Assembly (NCBI GenBank): GCA_963714105.1
Contig: OY970233.1
Location: 3,393,205-3,457,204 of the forward strand
From: an uncultured Actinomycetes bacterium
Lineage (GTDB): Bacteria; Actinomycetota; Acidimicrobiia; IMCC26256; PALSA-555
Length of the DNA stretch: 64,000 nt
Direction: 5' to 3'
Part shown: piece after piece, positions 9,368-19,541 of the stretch
How positions within the stretch are numbered: the stretch's first letter is position 1
Layout of the letters: every line of letters starts with the position of its first letter
The notes under the pieces: model-generated
Told to the model about the DNA's origin: nothing
The model's input: the letters and a program-made list of their open reading frames with translations, nothing else
The model's database searches: none
Made by a program: the position numbers and the translations under genes

Positions 9368-9599
9368 TCCGGGCGCGGCGACCGGCCGCGAGGTACCAGA
9401 CCGCGGCGACGACCAGCCAGGTGCCGTTGATCGTCGCGGCCATCGCGTCGGACCGCAGGCTCCACCCGGCGACGATCGCGGCGACGGCGACCTCGTGGGC
9501 GACGAACCATCGCGTCCGCTGCTCCCGGACGACCGGCAACCAGCGGGTGAGCACCGCGATCGACACCGGGTAGCCGAACGCGAGCAGCGCGGTGCTCAC
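9345..9599 (-). CDS. small hydrophobic membrane protein (84 aa), function unknown
   Basis: GTG 9599 overlaps the ygfZ stop (GTGA). Helices 'ALLAFGYPVSIAVL', 'AHEVAVAAIVAGW' and 'TWLVVAAVWYLAA'. Confidence 0.45.
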   Translation of the reverse strand: MSTALLAFGYPVSIAVLTRWLPVVREQRTRWFVAHEVAVAAIVAGWSLRSDAMAATINGTWLVVAAVWYLAAGRRARIRRESSP

Positions 9600-10474
9600 T
9601 GCGGGTCGACCGACACCAGCTCCGCGTCGACGTCGCCGCCGTCCCAGTGGACCCGGACCGGTGCCGGCGGTTCGACCTCCCGCCGGACCATCGCCAGCCC
9701 GACGACACGTCCCACACCGGGGACCGGCGCGGCGCTCGTCAGGACCCCCCGCTCGCGCCCGTCGACGACGATCGCCGCCCCGACCGGCGGGCACGACGTT
9801 CCGACGATGCGGATCCCGCGGAGGTACCGGTTCACGTGCCCGCGGGTGTCGATCCGGCACACGAGCTCCTGACCGACGAAGCAGCCCTTCGTGAACGACA
9901 CCGCGTCGCGTTCGAGGAAGGCCTCCTGGGGGATCGTCGACTCGTCGACGTCGACCCCGAGCCGGGGCACGCCGGCCTCGATGCGGAACGCCTCGAAGCG
10001 GTCGGTGTCCCACCGGGGGATCGACGCGGGCAGCGCGGCGACGGCGTCGTGGACGAGGCCGGCGGGGCCGAGGAGGTCGACGCCGGGCTGGGCGCCCCAC
10101 CGGGTGCGCAGCGCCCACACCCCCGCGGGCGCGTCGACGTCGCCGCCGCCGACGGCGCCGAGCGCGGTGGTCGCGGTGCGGTCCTCGAGTTCGACGTCGA
10201 CGCGGATCCGGAACCGGGTCAGGGAGGCGAGCAGCCGGGCCGCGAACGCCGGATCGGTGTCGAGGAACCACTCGTCGGCTCCGGTGCGGGTGACCCGGCC
10301 GGCGACGTCGAGCTTGCCCTGGGGGGTGAGCAGCAGGGTCGGCGCGTGGTCCCCGACGGCGAGGGGCTCGAGGTCCTGGGAGAGCAGGCTCTGCAGGAAC
10401 GTCGTCGCGTCGCCGCCGCGCGCGACGACGAGGCCCCACGGGACCTGCTCGAGAACGAACCCGGACTCGGTCAC
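9596..10474 (-). CDS. ygfZ: folate-binding GcvT-like protein YgfZ/CAF17 family
   Basis: '[21 protein letters not shown]' and '[13 protein letters not shown]' (KGCYxGQE-type motif). GTG 10474 overlaps the trpE stop. Confidence 0.75.
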   Translation of the reverse strand: MTESGFVLEQVPWGLVVARGGDATTFLQSLLSQDLEPLAVGDHAPTLLLTPQGKLDVAGRVTRTGADEWFLDTDPAFAARLLASLTRFRIRVDVELEDRTATTALGAVGGGDVDAPAGVWALRTRWGAQPGVDLLGPAGLVHDAVAALPASIPRWDTDRFEAFRIEAGVPRLGVDVDESTIPQEAFLERDAVSFTKGCFVGQELVCRIDTRGHVNRYLRGIRIVGTSCPPVGAAIVVDGRERGVLTSAAPVPGVGRVVGLAMVRREVEPPAPVRVHWDGGDVDAELVSVDPQ

Positions 10475-12004
10475 GAGAGCGCCAACGATTCGAGGCGACG
10501 GGCCGCCGCCGCGGCGGTGAGCAGCGCCCGGGCCTTGTTCGAGCATTCGAGGTCCTCGTCGGCGGGATCGGAATCGGCGACGATGCCCGCCCCCGCGGCG
10601 ACGCTCGCGCGTCCGGCTGCGTCCCACACCATGGTGCGGATGGCGATCGCGGTGTCGAGGTTGCCGGAGAAGTCGACGTACCCGACCACCCCCGCGTACG
10701 GGCCCCGCTTCACCGGCTCGAGCTCATCGATGATCTCCATCGCCCGCACCTTCGGCGCCCCGCTGACCGTCCCCGCCGGGAACGTGGCGCGAAGCACATC
10801 GACCGGGGTCGCGTCGTCGACCAGGTCGCCGGACACCTGGCTGGTGAGGTGCATGACGTGCGAGTACCGCTCCAAGGTCGATGAGCTCGTCGACCCGCTC
10901 GGTGCCGAAGCGCACCACTCGCCCGACGTCGTTGCGGGCGAGGTCGACGAGCATCACATGCTCGGCCCGTTCCTTCGGGTTCTCGGACAGCTCCGCGGCG
11001 AGGCGCCGGTCGTGCTCGTCGGTGCGGCCCCGGAAGCGGGTCCCCGCGATCGGGCGGCTGATGACCCGCCCGTCGAGGAGCTGCACCATCGGTTCGGGTG
11101 ACGACCCGACGATCGTGACCTCGGGGTGCCGCACGACGTACATGTACGGCGACGGGTTCACCTGGCGCAGCACCCGGTACACGTCGAACGGGTCGACGGG
11201 GTCCTCGAGGTCGAAGCGCTGCGCGAGCACGACCTGGAAGACGTCGCCGGCGAGGATGTACTCGCGGGCGACGTCCACCGCGTCCTGGTAGTGGCGACCG
11301 GCCATCGTCGAGCGCACCGCGGGCAGCTCGGTGGGCCGGTCCGCCGGCGGTTGGGACGGCACGTACGGGAGCGGACGGGCGAGGTCGTCGACGAGCGCGT
11401 CGAGGCGAGCCGCGGCCCGGTCGTACGCCGAGTCGACGTCGGGTTCGGCGTCGACGAACACGTTTTCGATCAGGTAGAGGCGCTGACGGAAGTGGTCGAA
11501 GGCGGTGACGTGCCCGGTGAGCGACAGCACCGCGTCGGGAAGGCCGAGGTCGTCGGGCGGCACGGCGGGGAGCCGCTCCACCTCCCGGACCACGTCGTAG
11601 CCGAGGTAGCCGACGACCCCACCGTGGAACGGGGGGAGGTCGTCGAGGACCGGTGCGCGGTACGCGGCGAGCAGCGCCTCGAGCGCGGCGAGCGCGCCCC
11701 GGTCGAGCGGCACCGTCGGGGGCGGCGGACCCCCTTCCACGTGGACCTGGGACCCGCGGGCGACGAGCGTCAGCGTGGGATCACGACCGAGGAACGAGAA
11801 GCGACCCCACCGTTGTGCGTGCTCGACCGACTCGAGGAGGAAGCCGGGCGGGCCCTTCGGGTCGGGACCGACGAGCTTCACGAACGCCGACACCGGGGTC
11901 TCGAGGTCGGCGAGCACCTCGCGCCACACCGGCACGACCGTGTAGGTGGCGGCGAGGGCCCGGAACTCGTCCCGTGACGGTCGCAGCCCCCCGCCGGTAC
12001 TCAC
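10471..12004 (-). pseudogene. trpE: anthranilate synthase component I, frame broken near ~10880
   Basis: ORF 10724..12133 gives the N-terminal and central part. ORF 10471..10875 gives '[40 protein letters not shown]'. GTG 12004 overlaps the hisI stop. Confidence 0.85.
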
Positions 12005-12368
12005 TGCGGCTCGCCGCCGAAGCGACGGAAGAAGCAGCTGACCGACCCGGTGTGGCAGGCCCCCTGGCCCTCCTGGTCGACGACGAGCAGGATCGTGTCG
12101 CCGTCGCAGTCGTAGTACGCCTCGCGGACCCACTGGCGGTCACCCGACGTGTCGCCCTTGCGCCAGAGCTCCTGACGGCTCCGGCTCCAGAACACGCTGC
12201 GGCCCTCCTCGAGGGTGCGGCGCAGCGACGCTTCGCTCATCCAGGCCACCATGAGCACCCGGCCGGTGCTGCGATCCTGGACCACCGCGGGGCGAGCCCG
12301 TCGTCGTTCCAGGCGATCTCACCGAGATCCTCGGCGCGGACGGGAATCGGTGTCGCGGTTGGGGACAT
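12001..12368 (-). pseudogene. hisI: phosphoribosyl-AMP cyclohydrolase, frame broken in a G-run near ~12290
   Basis: ORF 12001..12285 carries '[29 protein letters not shown]'. The N-terminus '[27 protein letters not shown]' runs from ATG 12368 in another frame. Confidence 0.8.
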
Positions 12369-12439
12369 CGCGTGCGAGCGTAGCGCCCGCCTTCGAGGAT
12401 CCCGACCGGAAAACACCGGCGCGCGAGACTCCGCAGCCG

Positions 12440-14623
12440 ATGCCCGGACTGCCCGACGCGCCGCGCGCGCCTCGTCGACCGACCGTGCTGCGTCACGGCG
12501 ACGACGTGCGCGTCGACGACTGGTACTGGCTGCGCGACCGGGACGATCCCGCGGTCACGGAGCATCTTCGCGCCGAGAACGCGTACACCGACGCGGTGCT
12601 CGCGCCGCTCGCGGCGACCCGGGAGCAGCTCTTCGAGGAAATCCGGTCCCGGATGGTGGAGACCGACGTGACGGCGCCGGTCCGCCGCGGTGGCTTCGAG
12701 TACTTCACCCGCACCGTCGCCGGGAACCAGTACCGGTGGCACTGCCGCCGCCCGGTCGGCGCCGACGGGACCGTCGCCCCCGAGGACGAGCCGGGCGCCG
12801 CGCCGGGCGAGGTGGTGATCCTCGACGAGAACGCCCTCGCCGGCGACGGCGAGTACTTCGCGTTGCGGGGCCTGGCCGTCTCCCCCGGCCAGGTGCTGCT
12901 CGCGTACGCGGTCGACCGGTCCGGCGGCGAGCTGGCCCGGCTGCGCTTCCGGGACCTCACCGCCGGGGTGGACCTGCCCGACGAGGTGCCCGACACCTAC
13001 TACGGGTTGGCGTGGGCGGACGACAGGACCGTGTTCTACGTCCGTCCCGACGACGCGCTGCGGCCGTACCAGGTGTGGCGCCACCGGCTGGGTACGGACC
13101 CCGACGCCGACCGGCTCGTGTTCGAGGAGACCGACGAGCGCTTCTACCTGTCGGTGCACCGCGCCCGTTCCGGGCGGGTGCTCGTCGTCGACAGCGAATC
13201 GAAGGTCACCACCGAGACCCGGCTGATCGACACCGCCCACCCCGACGACCCGCCGCAGCTCGTCGTGGCACGGGAGGACGGGGTCGAGTACTCCGTCGAG
13301 CATCACCACGATCCCGACCGCGGCGACCGGCTCTTCATCGTCACCAACGCGGACGGCGCCGAGAACTTCCAGCTGGTCAGCGCGCCGGCCGCGACCCCCG
13401 GCCGCGAGCACTGGGAGGTCGTCCTCGCGCACCGTCCCGACGTGCGCCTCGACCACGTCGACGCGTTCCGCCATCACCTCGTCCTCTCCGAGCGGGCCGG
13501 TGGGCTCGCCCGCGTCCGCGCCCTCGAGCTCGGCACGGGGACCGAGCAGACCCTCGATACGGGTGCGGCCGTGGCCACCACGTGGCTCGGCTCGACGCCG
13601 GACTACGACACCACGGTGGTGCGGCTGGTCACCACGTCCCTGGTGGTCCCACCGACCGATTCCGACTTCGACCTGCGCACCGGCACCAACACGCGCGTGA
13701 AGCGTCAAGAGGTTCCCGGCTACGACCCGGACGACTTCGACACCCGTCGGGTGTGGGCCCGCGCCGACGACGGCACCGAGGTGCCGATCTCGGTGGTGCA
13801 CCGGCGGGACGCCCCCCGCGACGGCACCGGCGCGCTGGTGCTGTACGGGTACGGCGCGTACGAGATCTCGATCGATCCGACGTTCTCGGTGACCCGGCTC
13901 TGCCTCCTCGAGCGGGGCGCCACGTACGCGATCGCGCACGTGCGCGGCGGTGGGGAGCTCGGCCGCTCCTGGTACGAGGACGGCAAGCTGGACCGCAAGC
14001 GCAACACGTTCACCGACTTCGTCACCTGCGCCCGGCACCTCGTCGCCGAGGGCTACGGCACCCCCGATCGCCTCGTCGCCCGGGGTGGCAGCGCCGGTGG
14101 CCTGCTGATGGGCGCGGCCCTGAACCTCGCGCCGGAGCAGTGGCGGGCCGTGGTCGCCGAGGTGCCGTTCGTCGACTGCCTCACCACGATGCTCGACCCG
14201 TCGCTGCCGTTGACCATCACCGAGTGGGACGAGTGGGGCAACCCGGGTGCCGACGAGCACCTCTACCGGTCCCTGCGGAGCTACTCGCCGTACGACAACA
14301 TCCGCGCCGTCGCGTACCCCGCGGTGTTCGCCACCGCGGGGATCAACGACCCGCGGGTGCAGTACTGGGAGCCGGCGAAGTGGGTGCAGCGCCTCCGCGC
14401 GACGACGGTCGGCGACGCGCCGATCCTGTTGAAGACCGAGCTCGACGCCGGGCACCACGGGCCGAGCGGCCGCTACGACGCCTGGCGGGAAGAGGCCGTG
14501 GTGCTCGCGTTCGTGCTCGACGCGGCCGGGCTCAGCCGCGGAGCGGCAGCAACGCGGCGAGCTGGCGGCTCTGCGCGAGGAGCGTCCCGTCCGGAGCCCA
14601 CACCTCGCCGTCCTCCTCCATGA
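12440..14623 (+). CDS. ptrB: S9A prolyl oligopeptidase family, oligopeptidase B (protease II)-like
   Basis: ATG 12440. 'DDWYWLRDRDDPAVTEHLRAENAYT', catalytic 'GGSAGGLLMG' and a distal 'GHHG'. The 3' end overlaps the convergent thioesterase by 92 nt. Confidence 0.85.
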   Translation: MPGLPDAPRAPRRPTVLRHGDDVRVDDWYWLRDRDDPAVTEHLRAENAYTDAVLAPLAATREQLFEEIRSRMVETDVTAPVRRGGFEYFTRTVAGNQYRWHCRRPVGADGTVAPEDEPGAAPGEVVILDENALAGDGEYFALRGLAVSPGQVLLAYAVDRSGGELARLRFRDLTAGVDLPDEVPDTYYGLAWADDRTVFYVRPDDALRPYQVWRHRLGTDPDADRLVFEETDERFYLSVHRARSGRVLVVDSESKVTTETRLIDTAHPDDPPQLVVAREDGVEYSVEHHHDPDRGDRLFIVTNADGAENFQLVSAPAATPGREHWEVVLAHRPDVRLDHVDAFRHHLVLSERAGGLARVRALELGTGTEQTLDTGAAVATTWLGSTPDYDTTVVRLVTTSLVVPPTDSDFDLRTGTNTRVKRQEVPGYDPDDFDTRRVWARADDGTEVPISVVHRRDAPRDGTGALVLYGYGAYEISIDPTFSVTRLCLLERGATYAIAHVRGGGELGRSWYEDGKLDRKRNTFTDFVTCARHLVAEGYGTPDRLVARGGSAGGLLMGAALNLAPEQWRAVVAEVPFVDCLTTMLDPSLPLTITEWDEWGNPGADEHLYRSLRSYSPYDNIRAVAYPAVFATAGINDPRVQYWEPAKWVQRLRATTVGDAPILLKTELDAGHHGPSGRYDAWREEAVVLAFVLDAAGLSRGAAATRRAGGSARGASRPEPTPRRPPP

Positions 14624-15359
14624 ACCCGTCGGCGGCGAGGTTGGTGCGGAACACCGCGAGCACGAACCCGTCGGGTTCGAGCCCAAGTTGGGGCAGCGGA
14701 CCCCGGAAGTGCACGGTCAGGTCGATCGTCGGGACCGCCAGGAGCTCGTCGGTACGCGAGAAGATCGGGGGGATCCACGCGTCGGTCACCGCCGCGATCG
14801 CAGGCGCGTCGAGCGGCTGGGGCTCCTCCAGGCGGATCCAGCCCCCCGCGACCGCCTCGCGGGCCAGCGGCCGCCCCGGCCGGGGCGGCCGGCCGATCGC
14901 CCAGCGGGTGTCCCACCGGGACGCGATCGGCGGCGCCTCGGCGGGCACCTCGAGTCGCTCAATCGTGTCGGGCGGGGCGACGTCGGGGGGATGCAGGTCG
15001 CAGAACTCGGGGCCGGGGCGGGGCGCCGAGAACGCCGCGATGGCCAACGCGACGAGGCGGTCGCCCTGGGTGAGGCGCGCCGAGCACGAGGTCAAGGAGC
15101 GCCCGACGCGTTCGATCGCGGTGGTGATCGTGAGCGCCCCGGCGTCGGGTGGGGTCGTGTAGTGCACGGTCAGGGAGCGGGGGGTGCGGCCCGGGTCGTC
15201 GACCGCGGCGGTGAGCGCCCGCAGCACGATCGCGGCGAGGTACCCACCGTTCGGTCCCCGCATCACCCACCAGCCGGTGTCGAGGTTCGCGTCGAACGTC
15301 GTGTCGCCCCGGCGTTCGACGGCGGTGTCGCGCTCGAAGCGGGGGGCGGCGGCGCTCAC
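14532..15359 (-). CDS. acyl-CoA thioesterase (double hot-dog, TesB-like)
   Basis: 275 aa from GTG 15359, with 'WWVMRGPNGGYLAAIVLRAL', 'SLTVHY' and 'IDLTVHF'. Confidence 0.7.
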   Translation of the reverse strand: MSAAAPRFERDTAVERRGDTTFDANLDTGWWVMRGPNGGYLAAIVLRALTAAVDDPGRTPRSLTVHYTTPPDAGALTITTAIERVGRSLTSCSARLTQGDRLVALAIAAFSAPRPGPEFCDLHPPDVAPPDTIERLEVPAEAPPIASRWDTRWAIGRPPRPGRPLAREAVAGGWIRLEEPQPLDAPAIAAVTDAWIPPIFSRTDELLAVPTIDLTVHFRGPLPQLGLEPDGFVLAVFRTNLAADGFMEEDGEVWAPDGTLLAQSRQLAALLPLRG

Positions 15360-15521
15360 GGGTCCAGCAGGCTACCGGCCCAACCGGTGAGTGGGTCACG
15401 GTGCGTGTCGCAGCGCGCGTAGCCTTCGATCATGCGAGAGCAGTCGGTCCCTCGGTAGGAGGGGGCGTGAAACTGCGTTCGGGCCGACGACGTTAAGCCG
15501 ACTGTACGCGACCGGCCGAAA

Positions 15522-15713
15522 TTGACCGACTCCCCGTGTCGCCTGGTTGCCGCCGACGGCTGCGCGCTCGAAGCCGAGCTCGCGGTCGCGGGCGACGAGC
15601 GAGCCGGGATGGTGCTCTGCCACCCGCACCCGCTGTACGGCGGCACGATGCGCTCAATCGTCATCAGCGCGGTGTTCGACGCGCTCCCCTGGGCGGGGGT
15701 GACCTGCCTGCGG
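15522..15713 (+). pseudogene. alpha/beta hydrolase, 5' part (gene interrupted by the 15714-21978 insertion)
   Basis: 'GMVLCHPHPLYGGTMRSIVISAVFDALPWAGVTCLR'. Homology ends at 15713 and resumes in frame at 21979 ('[11 protein letters not shown]'). Confidence 0.7.
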
Positions 15714-15744
15714 TGCAAGTCACGCGAAGGCGTGAGCCGTTACG

Positions 15745-16179
15745 CTACAAGGCCTCGCGGGCGTCCGAGGGGCCCTCAGACCCCGTTTTGGTCACGAAAC
15801 GGTCACCAGAAGTCGCGTCGGCGTCGTCGGTGTCGTCCTCGACGAGCACGAGCGGGTTCCGCTTCCCGGTGAGCACCGCCTCGATCTGCGCCGATACCGG
15901 CCGCTGCGCCCCTCTCGTGCGGTGCGTGTAGATACCCAACGTGGGGCCAGGCAGCGCGTGCCCGAGACGCTGCGCGGTGATCGCCGGATGCTCGCCGAAC
16001 GCGGCCCGGTGCGTCGCCGAACCATGGCGTAGGTCGTGGAACCGGACTGGCCGGTACCCGGTGCGGGCCACTAGCCGGTTACGTCGACCGGCTCGGGCGG
16101 GAGGAAGCGCGGCGGCGGCGGGGTTGGGATTAGCGGGAACGCGAGTTGAACGATCGCCACGACTCCGGGCCGCGCCCAT
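15745..16179 (-). pseudogene. tyrosine recombinase/phage-type integrase, C-terminal catalytic remnant
   Basis: 'VRFHDLRHGSATHRAAFGEHPAITAQRLGHALPGPTLGIYTH' is box II (HxLRH..LGH..Y). No N-terminal or core-binding part lies upstream, where another gene ends at 16204. Confidence 0.6.
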
Positions 16180-16203
16180 CCAAGGCTACCCAGAGGCTCT
16201 GCT

Positions 16204-16498
16204 CTACGCGGGTCCTGGCCCATACCCATCGATCAGCACCCGGTGTTGCGTGTCGCTCTCCGAAACCTCTGTGACGCGCGCGATAGCCGAACTACCGTCG
16301 GGGAGTCGGAAGTCGATCGCTGGGTCTGCTGACGCAATCCTCGTCAAGTCGGCCGTTTCCGGTGAGAGAGCCGCCCCACGTGTCGTGTTCAAACGTCAGC
16401 GAGGCGGTCACCTCGGTTTCATCATGGGCAATCCCCACCTGAGCCTTGCCTTGGTACTCGGTGCCCGGTAGCGGCGGGCGCCATTTGGAACGCGGCAT
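16204..16498 (-). pseudogene. DUF4873-like small protein, frame broken near ~16345
   Basis: ORFs 16292..16591 and 16204..16392 together read 'MPRSKWRPPLPGTEYQGKAQVGIAHDETEVTASLTFEHDTWGGSLTG / DLTRIASADPAIDFRLPDGSSAIARVTEVSESDTQHRVLIDGYGPGP'. This is colinear with the intact paralogue at 20061-20429. Confidence 0.45.
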
Positions 16499-16690
16499 AT
16501 CCAGTCGGGTCGCGGCGCTTTGTATTGATGCGACTTCAGTCCAAACGCGACTTCGAGTTCGCCCACCTCTTGCTCGATGGCCATATCCCACGTCGGATCG
16601 AGGTCGCGGTCACGATGACCCGGTCCCCGGATAGTGGTCCACCTGTCGTGGGAGTCCAACGCCCAGCATGCTGGGATGGAGGACACCACG

Positions 16691-16969
16691 ATGAAGCGAA
16701 ACCGTCACACTCCCGAGCAGATCGTCCGCAAGCTGCGTGAGGGCGATCGGATGCTTGAACGAGGGCAAGGACCTGGCCGAGGTGCTGCGCATCTCGAGGT
16801 TTCCGAGAGCAGCTGGAACCGTTGGCGGGCGCAGTACGGCGGGATGAAGGCGAACGAGGCGCAGCGGCTGCGCGAGCTCGAGACCGAGAACGGACGACTG
16901 AAGAAGCTCCTGGCCGAAGCGGAGCTCGACAAGGCGATGCTCAAGGAGCTGGCCGAGGGAAACTTCTGA
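16691..16969 (+). CDS. IS3-family transposase OrfA (HTH + leucine zipper)
   Basis: 'MKRNRHTPEQIVRKLREGDRML..WNRWRAQYGGMKANEAQRLRELETENGRLKKLLAEAELDKAMLKE'. Confidence 0.75.
   Translation: MKRNRHTPEQIVRKLREGDRMLERGQGPGRGAAHLEVSESSWNRWRAQYGGMKANEAQRLRELETENGRLKKLLAEAELDKAMLKELAEGNF
16957..16963 (+). other. candidate -1 programmed ribosomal frameshift heptamer G GGA AAC
   Basis: X XXY YYZ in the orfA zero frame, 4 codons before the orfA stop. The orfB frame is open in -1 ('GKLLTPERRRRAVVVL'). Confidence 0.5.
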
Positions 16970-17791
16970 CCCCGGAGCGTCGCCGGCGAGCAGTGGTCGT
17001 GCTCGTCGATCGTTTCGGGGTCTCGGAACGGCGTGCGTGTCGAGTGTGCGCTCAGCAGCGCTCGACGCAACGACGCGTGCCGCGGCCTCGACCGGCCGAG
17101 GACGACAAGCTGCGGCGACGGTTGCGTGAGATTGCCCGGGCGCATCCGCGGTGGGGTTGGAAAACCGCGCACTCGATTCTTGCGTCGGGAGGGCTGGACC
17201 CTGAACAAGAAGCGCACCCGCCGGTTGTGGCGAGACGAGGGCCTGCGCCGCCCCGCACCGTGTAAGCGCAAGCGGACCCGCCCACCCGGTGGCGGCGTGC
17301 TGTTGCGGGCCGAGCGGGCGAACCACGTCTGGGCCATCGACTTCCAGTTCGACGAGACCGCCGATCGCCGCCGGCTCAAGCTCTGCAACATCGTCGACGA
17401 GCACACCCGCGAGGCCATGGCGATGCGCGTCGGACGCCGGTGTGACGCTGACCAAATCGTTGCGGTCATCGAGGGACTCGTCGCCGAGCGCGGCGCACCC
17501 GAGCATCTCCGGATGGACAACGGACCCGAGCTCATCGCGTGGGCGCTACGCGACTGGTGTCGCCTCGCCGGCACCGCGACCAACTACATCGAGCCCGGCT
17601 CACCGTGGGAGAACCCCTTCGTCGAGAGCTTCAACGGCCGCGTCCGCGACGAGCTGTTGAACATCGAAGAGTTCGGTTCGCTGCTCGAAGCCCAAGTGCT
17701 CATCGAGGCATGGCGCATCGAGTACAACACCTACCGACCCCACTCGTCCCTCGGCGGTCTCACTCCCGTCGAGTTCGCCACCCGATGCTAA
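16957..17791 (+). pseudogene. IS3-family transposase OrfB (integrase core), extra frame break near ~17185
   Basis: The -1 frame reads 'LTPERRRRAVVVLVDRFGVSERRACR..LREIARAHPRWGWKTAHSIL'. ORF 17033..17791 continues with 'RREGWTLNKKRTRRLWRDEGL..HVWAIDFQFDE..DNGPELIA..SPWENPFVESFNGRVRDE..YNTYRPHSSLG'. Confidence 0.7.
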
Positions 17792-17919
17792 GCACCGAAC
17801 GCGCGTGCGGCCCTCAACGACGATCTCGGCCGCGATACAAAGACACCCGGCACCAGAGACCGGGACCACCTGACAAGCACACTCTCATAACAAGTGGACC
17901 TACCAACGGGGCCCCGTCA

Positions 17920-18363
17920 GTGTGCAGCACCGCGAAGGTCGGTCTGGTCCGATCGCTCGGGGCCGACCATGTCATCGACTACACGCGCGACGAGTTTGTC
18001 GATGGACAGCACCGATACGACGTGATCCTCGATGTTGGAGGCAATCGTCGGCTGTCACATCTGCGTCGAGCTCTCACCCGCCACGGGACCCTCGTCATCG
18101 TCGGCGGCGAGACGGGAGGCCGCTGGCTCGGTGGGTTCGACCGTTCACTACGGGCAGAACTCCTCTCGCCACTCGTGAGCCAGAGACTTGGAATGCTCGC
18201 TTCCAAGGGGAACGCCGAAGACCTACGCGTCCTCCGAGACTTGATCGAGTCGGCCGGCATCACACCGGCGATCGACCACGTCTACCTGCTGAGCGAGGTG
18301 CCGGCAGCCATCCAGCACGTCAGCGACGGTCGCGCCAAAGGAAAAGTCGTCATTACCCTGTGA
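17920..18363 (+). pseudogene. quinone oxidoreductase / zinc-type alcohol dehydrogenase (MDR) family, 5'-truncated fragment
   Basis: 'VGLVRSLGADHVIDYTRDEFVDG..DVILDVGG..GTLVIVGG..GKVVITL' is the C-terminal third only. It begins exactly at the IS right end. Confidence 0.65.
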
Positions 18364-18395
18364 CGAGCGCTGCGCCGCGACACATCCTCGGCGGT

Positions 18396-19439
18396 CTAGG
18401 ACGCGGTGAGGACGTATCGAGTGCCGACAACGCTTGGGGCGTAGTTGTTCGGGGCGAACGCATTCGCGAGGGCGGCGGCTGCTCGCCAGCCAGTGCAGTG
18501 TCCTGGGGCGACGATTCGAGGCGCGACGAGCTCGATGAGGTCGTGCACCGTCGGTTCGATGCGGTCTTCGACGGTCGTGCCAGCGAGGTGGTAGCCGCCC
18601 AGGAGGAGATCGATCGGCTGGTCGGGCTGTAGTCGTCGTGCTTCGAGCCCGACGTTGACGACGCCAGCGTGCGAGCACGCGGTGAACACCGCGGTTCCGC
18701 GGCCGCGGACGCTCGCGGCGAGGAAGCGTTCGTCGTGGATACCGAGATCGAGTGTGACCTTTCCATCGCGCCAGCTGTGGTGTCCTGGCAGCCCGGTTTC
18801 GTAGCTCGTCTGGCGCGGGATGTCGCCGCTGCCAAGGAGCAGTTCGCTCACCGTGTGGACTTCTGCATTGGCGACGACGGTGGCGCCTGCCCCTTCGATG
18901 TCGTCGATGGTGGGCTCCGGGGGCAGCATTGCGATGATGTCGAGCGGAGTGAGGATCCCGCGCTGGTCGGGTCGGTCAGGGTGGACATCGACAACGAGCG
19001 GGGCTCGACCGGTGCGGTCGCGCTCGGCGGCGATCGCTCCAACAACGGTGGTGATACCCCCCGAGTGGTCCCAGTGCCAGTGCGATAGGAACAGCACATC
19101 GATGCTTGACAAGTCGACCGCCAAGCGCTCGGCGTTGGCGAGCCAAACATCTCCGTAGGGACCGACGTCGAAGAGAACTGTTGCCGTACGCTCCGCCCGG
19201 CGCGCAGTAGCGAGCGCGGAGAAGCCGTGACACGCCACGCAGAGGTGGTCGAAGCCGACCACGCAGTCGTGGCCCTCGTGCTCGCCGCTCGGCGGGATCT
19301 GGCTGAGCAGGTAGCCAAGCTCGGGGAGCTGCGGTACTCCGGGAGCGATGCTCGAGAGGGTGTCCGTCGCGTTGTCGACGACGATCGTGATCGTGAGCTC
19401 GTCAAGGTCGGGCGCAACTGCACCCACGTGTGTCGTCAT
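18396..19439 (-). CDS. MBL-fold metallo-hydrolase
   Basis: 347 aa with 'VLFLSHWHWDHSGG' (HxHxDH), later 'CSHAG' and 'PGHCTG'. GC is lower than the backbone. Confidence 0.75.
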   Translation of the reverse strand: MTTHVGAVAPDLDELTITIVVDNATDTLSSIAPGVPQLPELGYLLSQIPPSGEHEGHDCVVGFDHLCVACHGFSALATARRAERTATVLFDVGPYGDVWLANAERLAVDLSSIDVLFLSHWHWDHSGGITTVVGAIAAERDRTGRAPLVVDVHPDRPDQRGILTPLDIIAMLPPEPTIDDIEGAGATVVANAEVHTVSELLLGSGDIPRQTSYETGLPGHHSWRDGKVTLDLGIHDERFLAASVRGRGTAVFTACSHAGVVNVGLEARRLQPDQPIDLLLGGYHLAGTTVEDRIEPTVHDLIELVAPRIVAPGHCTGWRAAAALANAFAPNNYAPSVVGTRYVLTAS

Positions 19440-19541
19440 GCGTCAGTGACCCCCGGTTGCATTCAAGGGAAATCGGAGTTGCCGTTCGCGAAATTTGATA
19501 CTAGAAATTTATTGCCAAAAGGCCAGCCTTCGCCTCCCTGG

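Larger units (their letters stand above)
16616..17919 (+). mobile_element. IS3-family insertion sequence (1304 bp)
   Basis: Imperfect terminal inverted repeats: TGACCCGGTCCCCGG..GGTCCAC from 16616 and ..GTGGACCTACCAACGGGGCCCCGTCA ending at 17919 (TG..CA ends). orfA and orfB lie in the 0/-1 frames, and orfB has a DDE (rve) core. Confidence 0.75.

Noticed and set aside
14532-14623. 92-nt convergent overlap between the ptrB and thioesterase 3' ends
   Set aside because: It could be real or could reflect another undetected indel near the ptrB C-terminus. It is not distinguishable from sequence alone and has little biological consequence.
14673-14684. GGGTTCGAGCCC, a tRNA T-arm-like string
   Set aside because: It lies inside the thioesterase coding frame, and no acceptor, D or anticodon arms could be folded around it. 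No tRNA was recognised anywhere in the window.
11653-15162. 1169-aa plus-strand ORF spanning trpE, hisI, ptrB and the thioesterase
   Set aside because: It has extreme Arg/Pro/Gly/Ala composition and no recognisable domain. It overlaps well-supported genes in other frames or on the other strand. This is the typical long spurious ORF of high-GC DNA.
16757-16795. Possible pair of compensating frameshifts in IS orfA ('ERGQGPGRGAAHLEV' versus the expected 'NEGKDLAEVLRHLEV')
   Set aside because: The inference rests only on my recollection of typical IS3 OrfA sequences. The ORF is intact as it stands.
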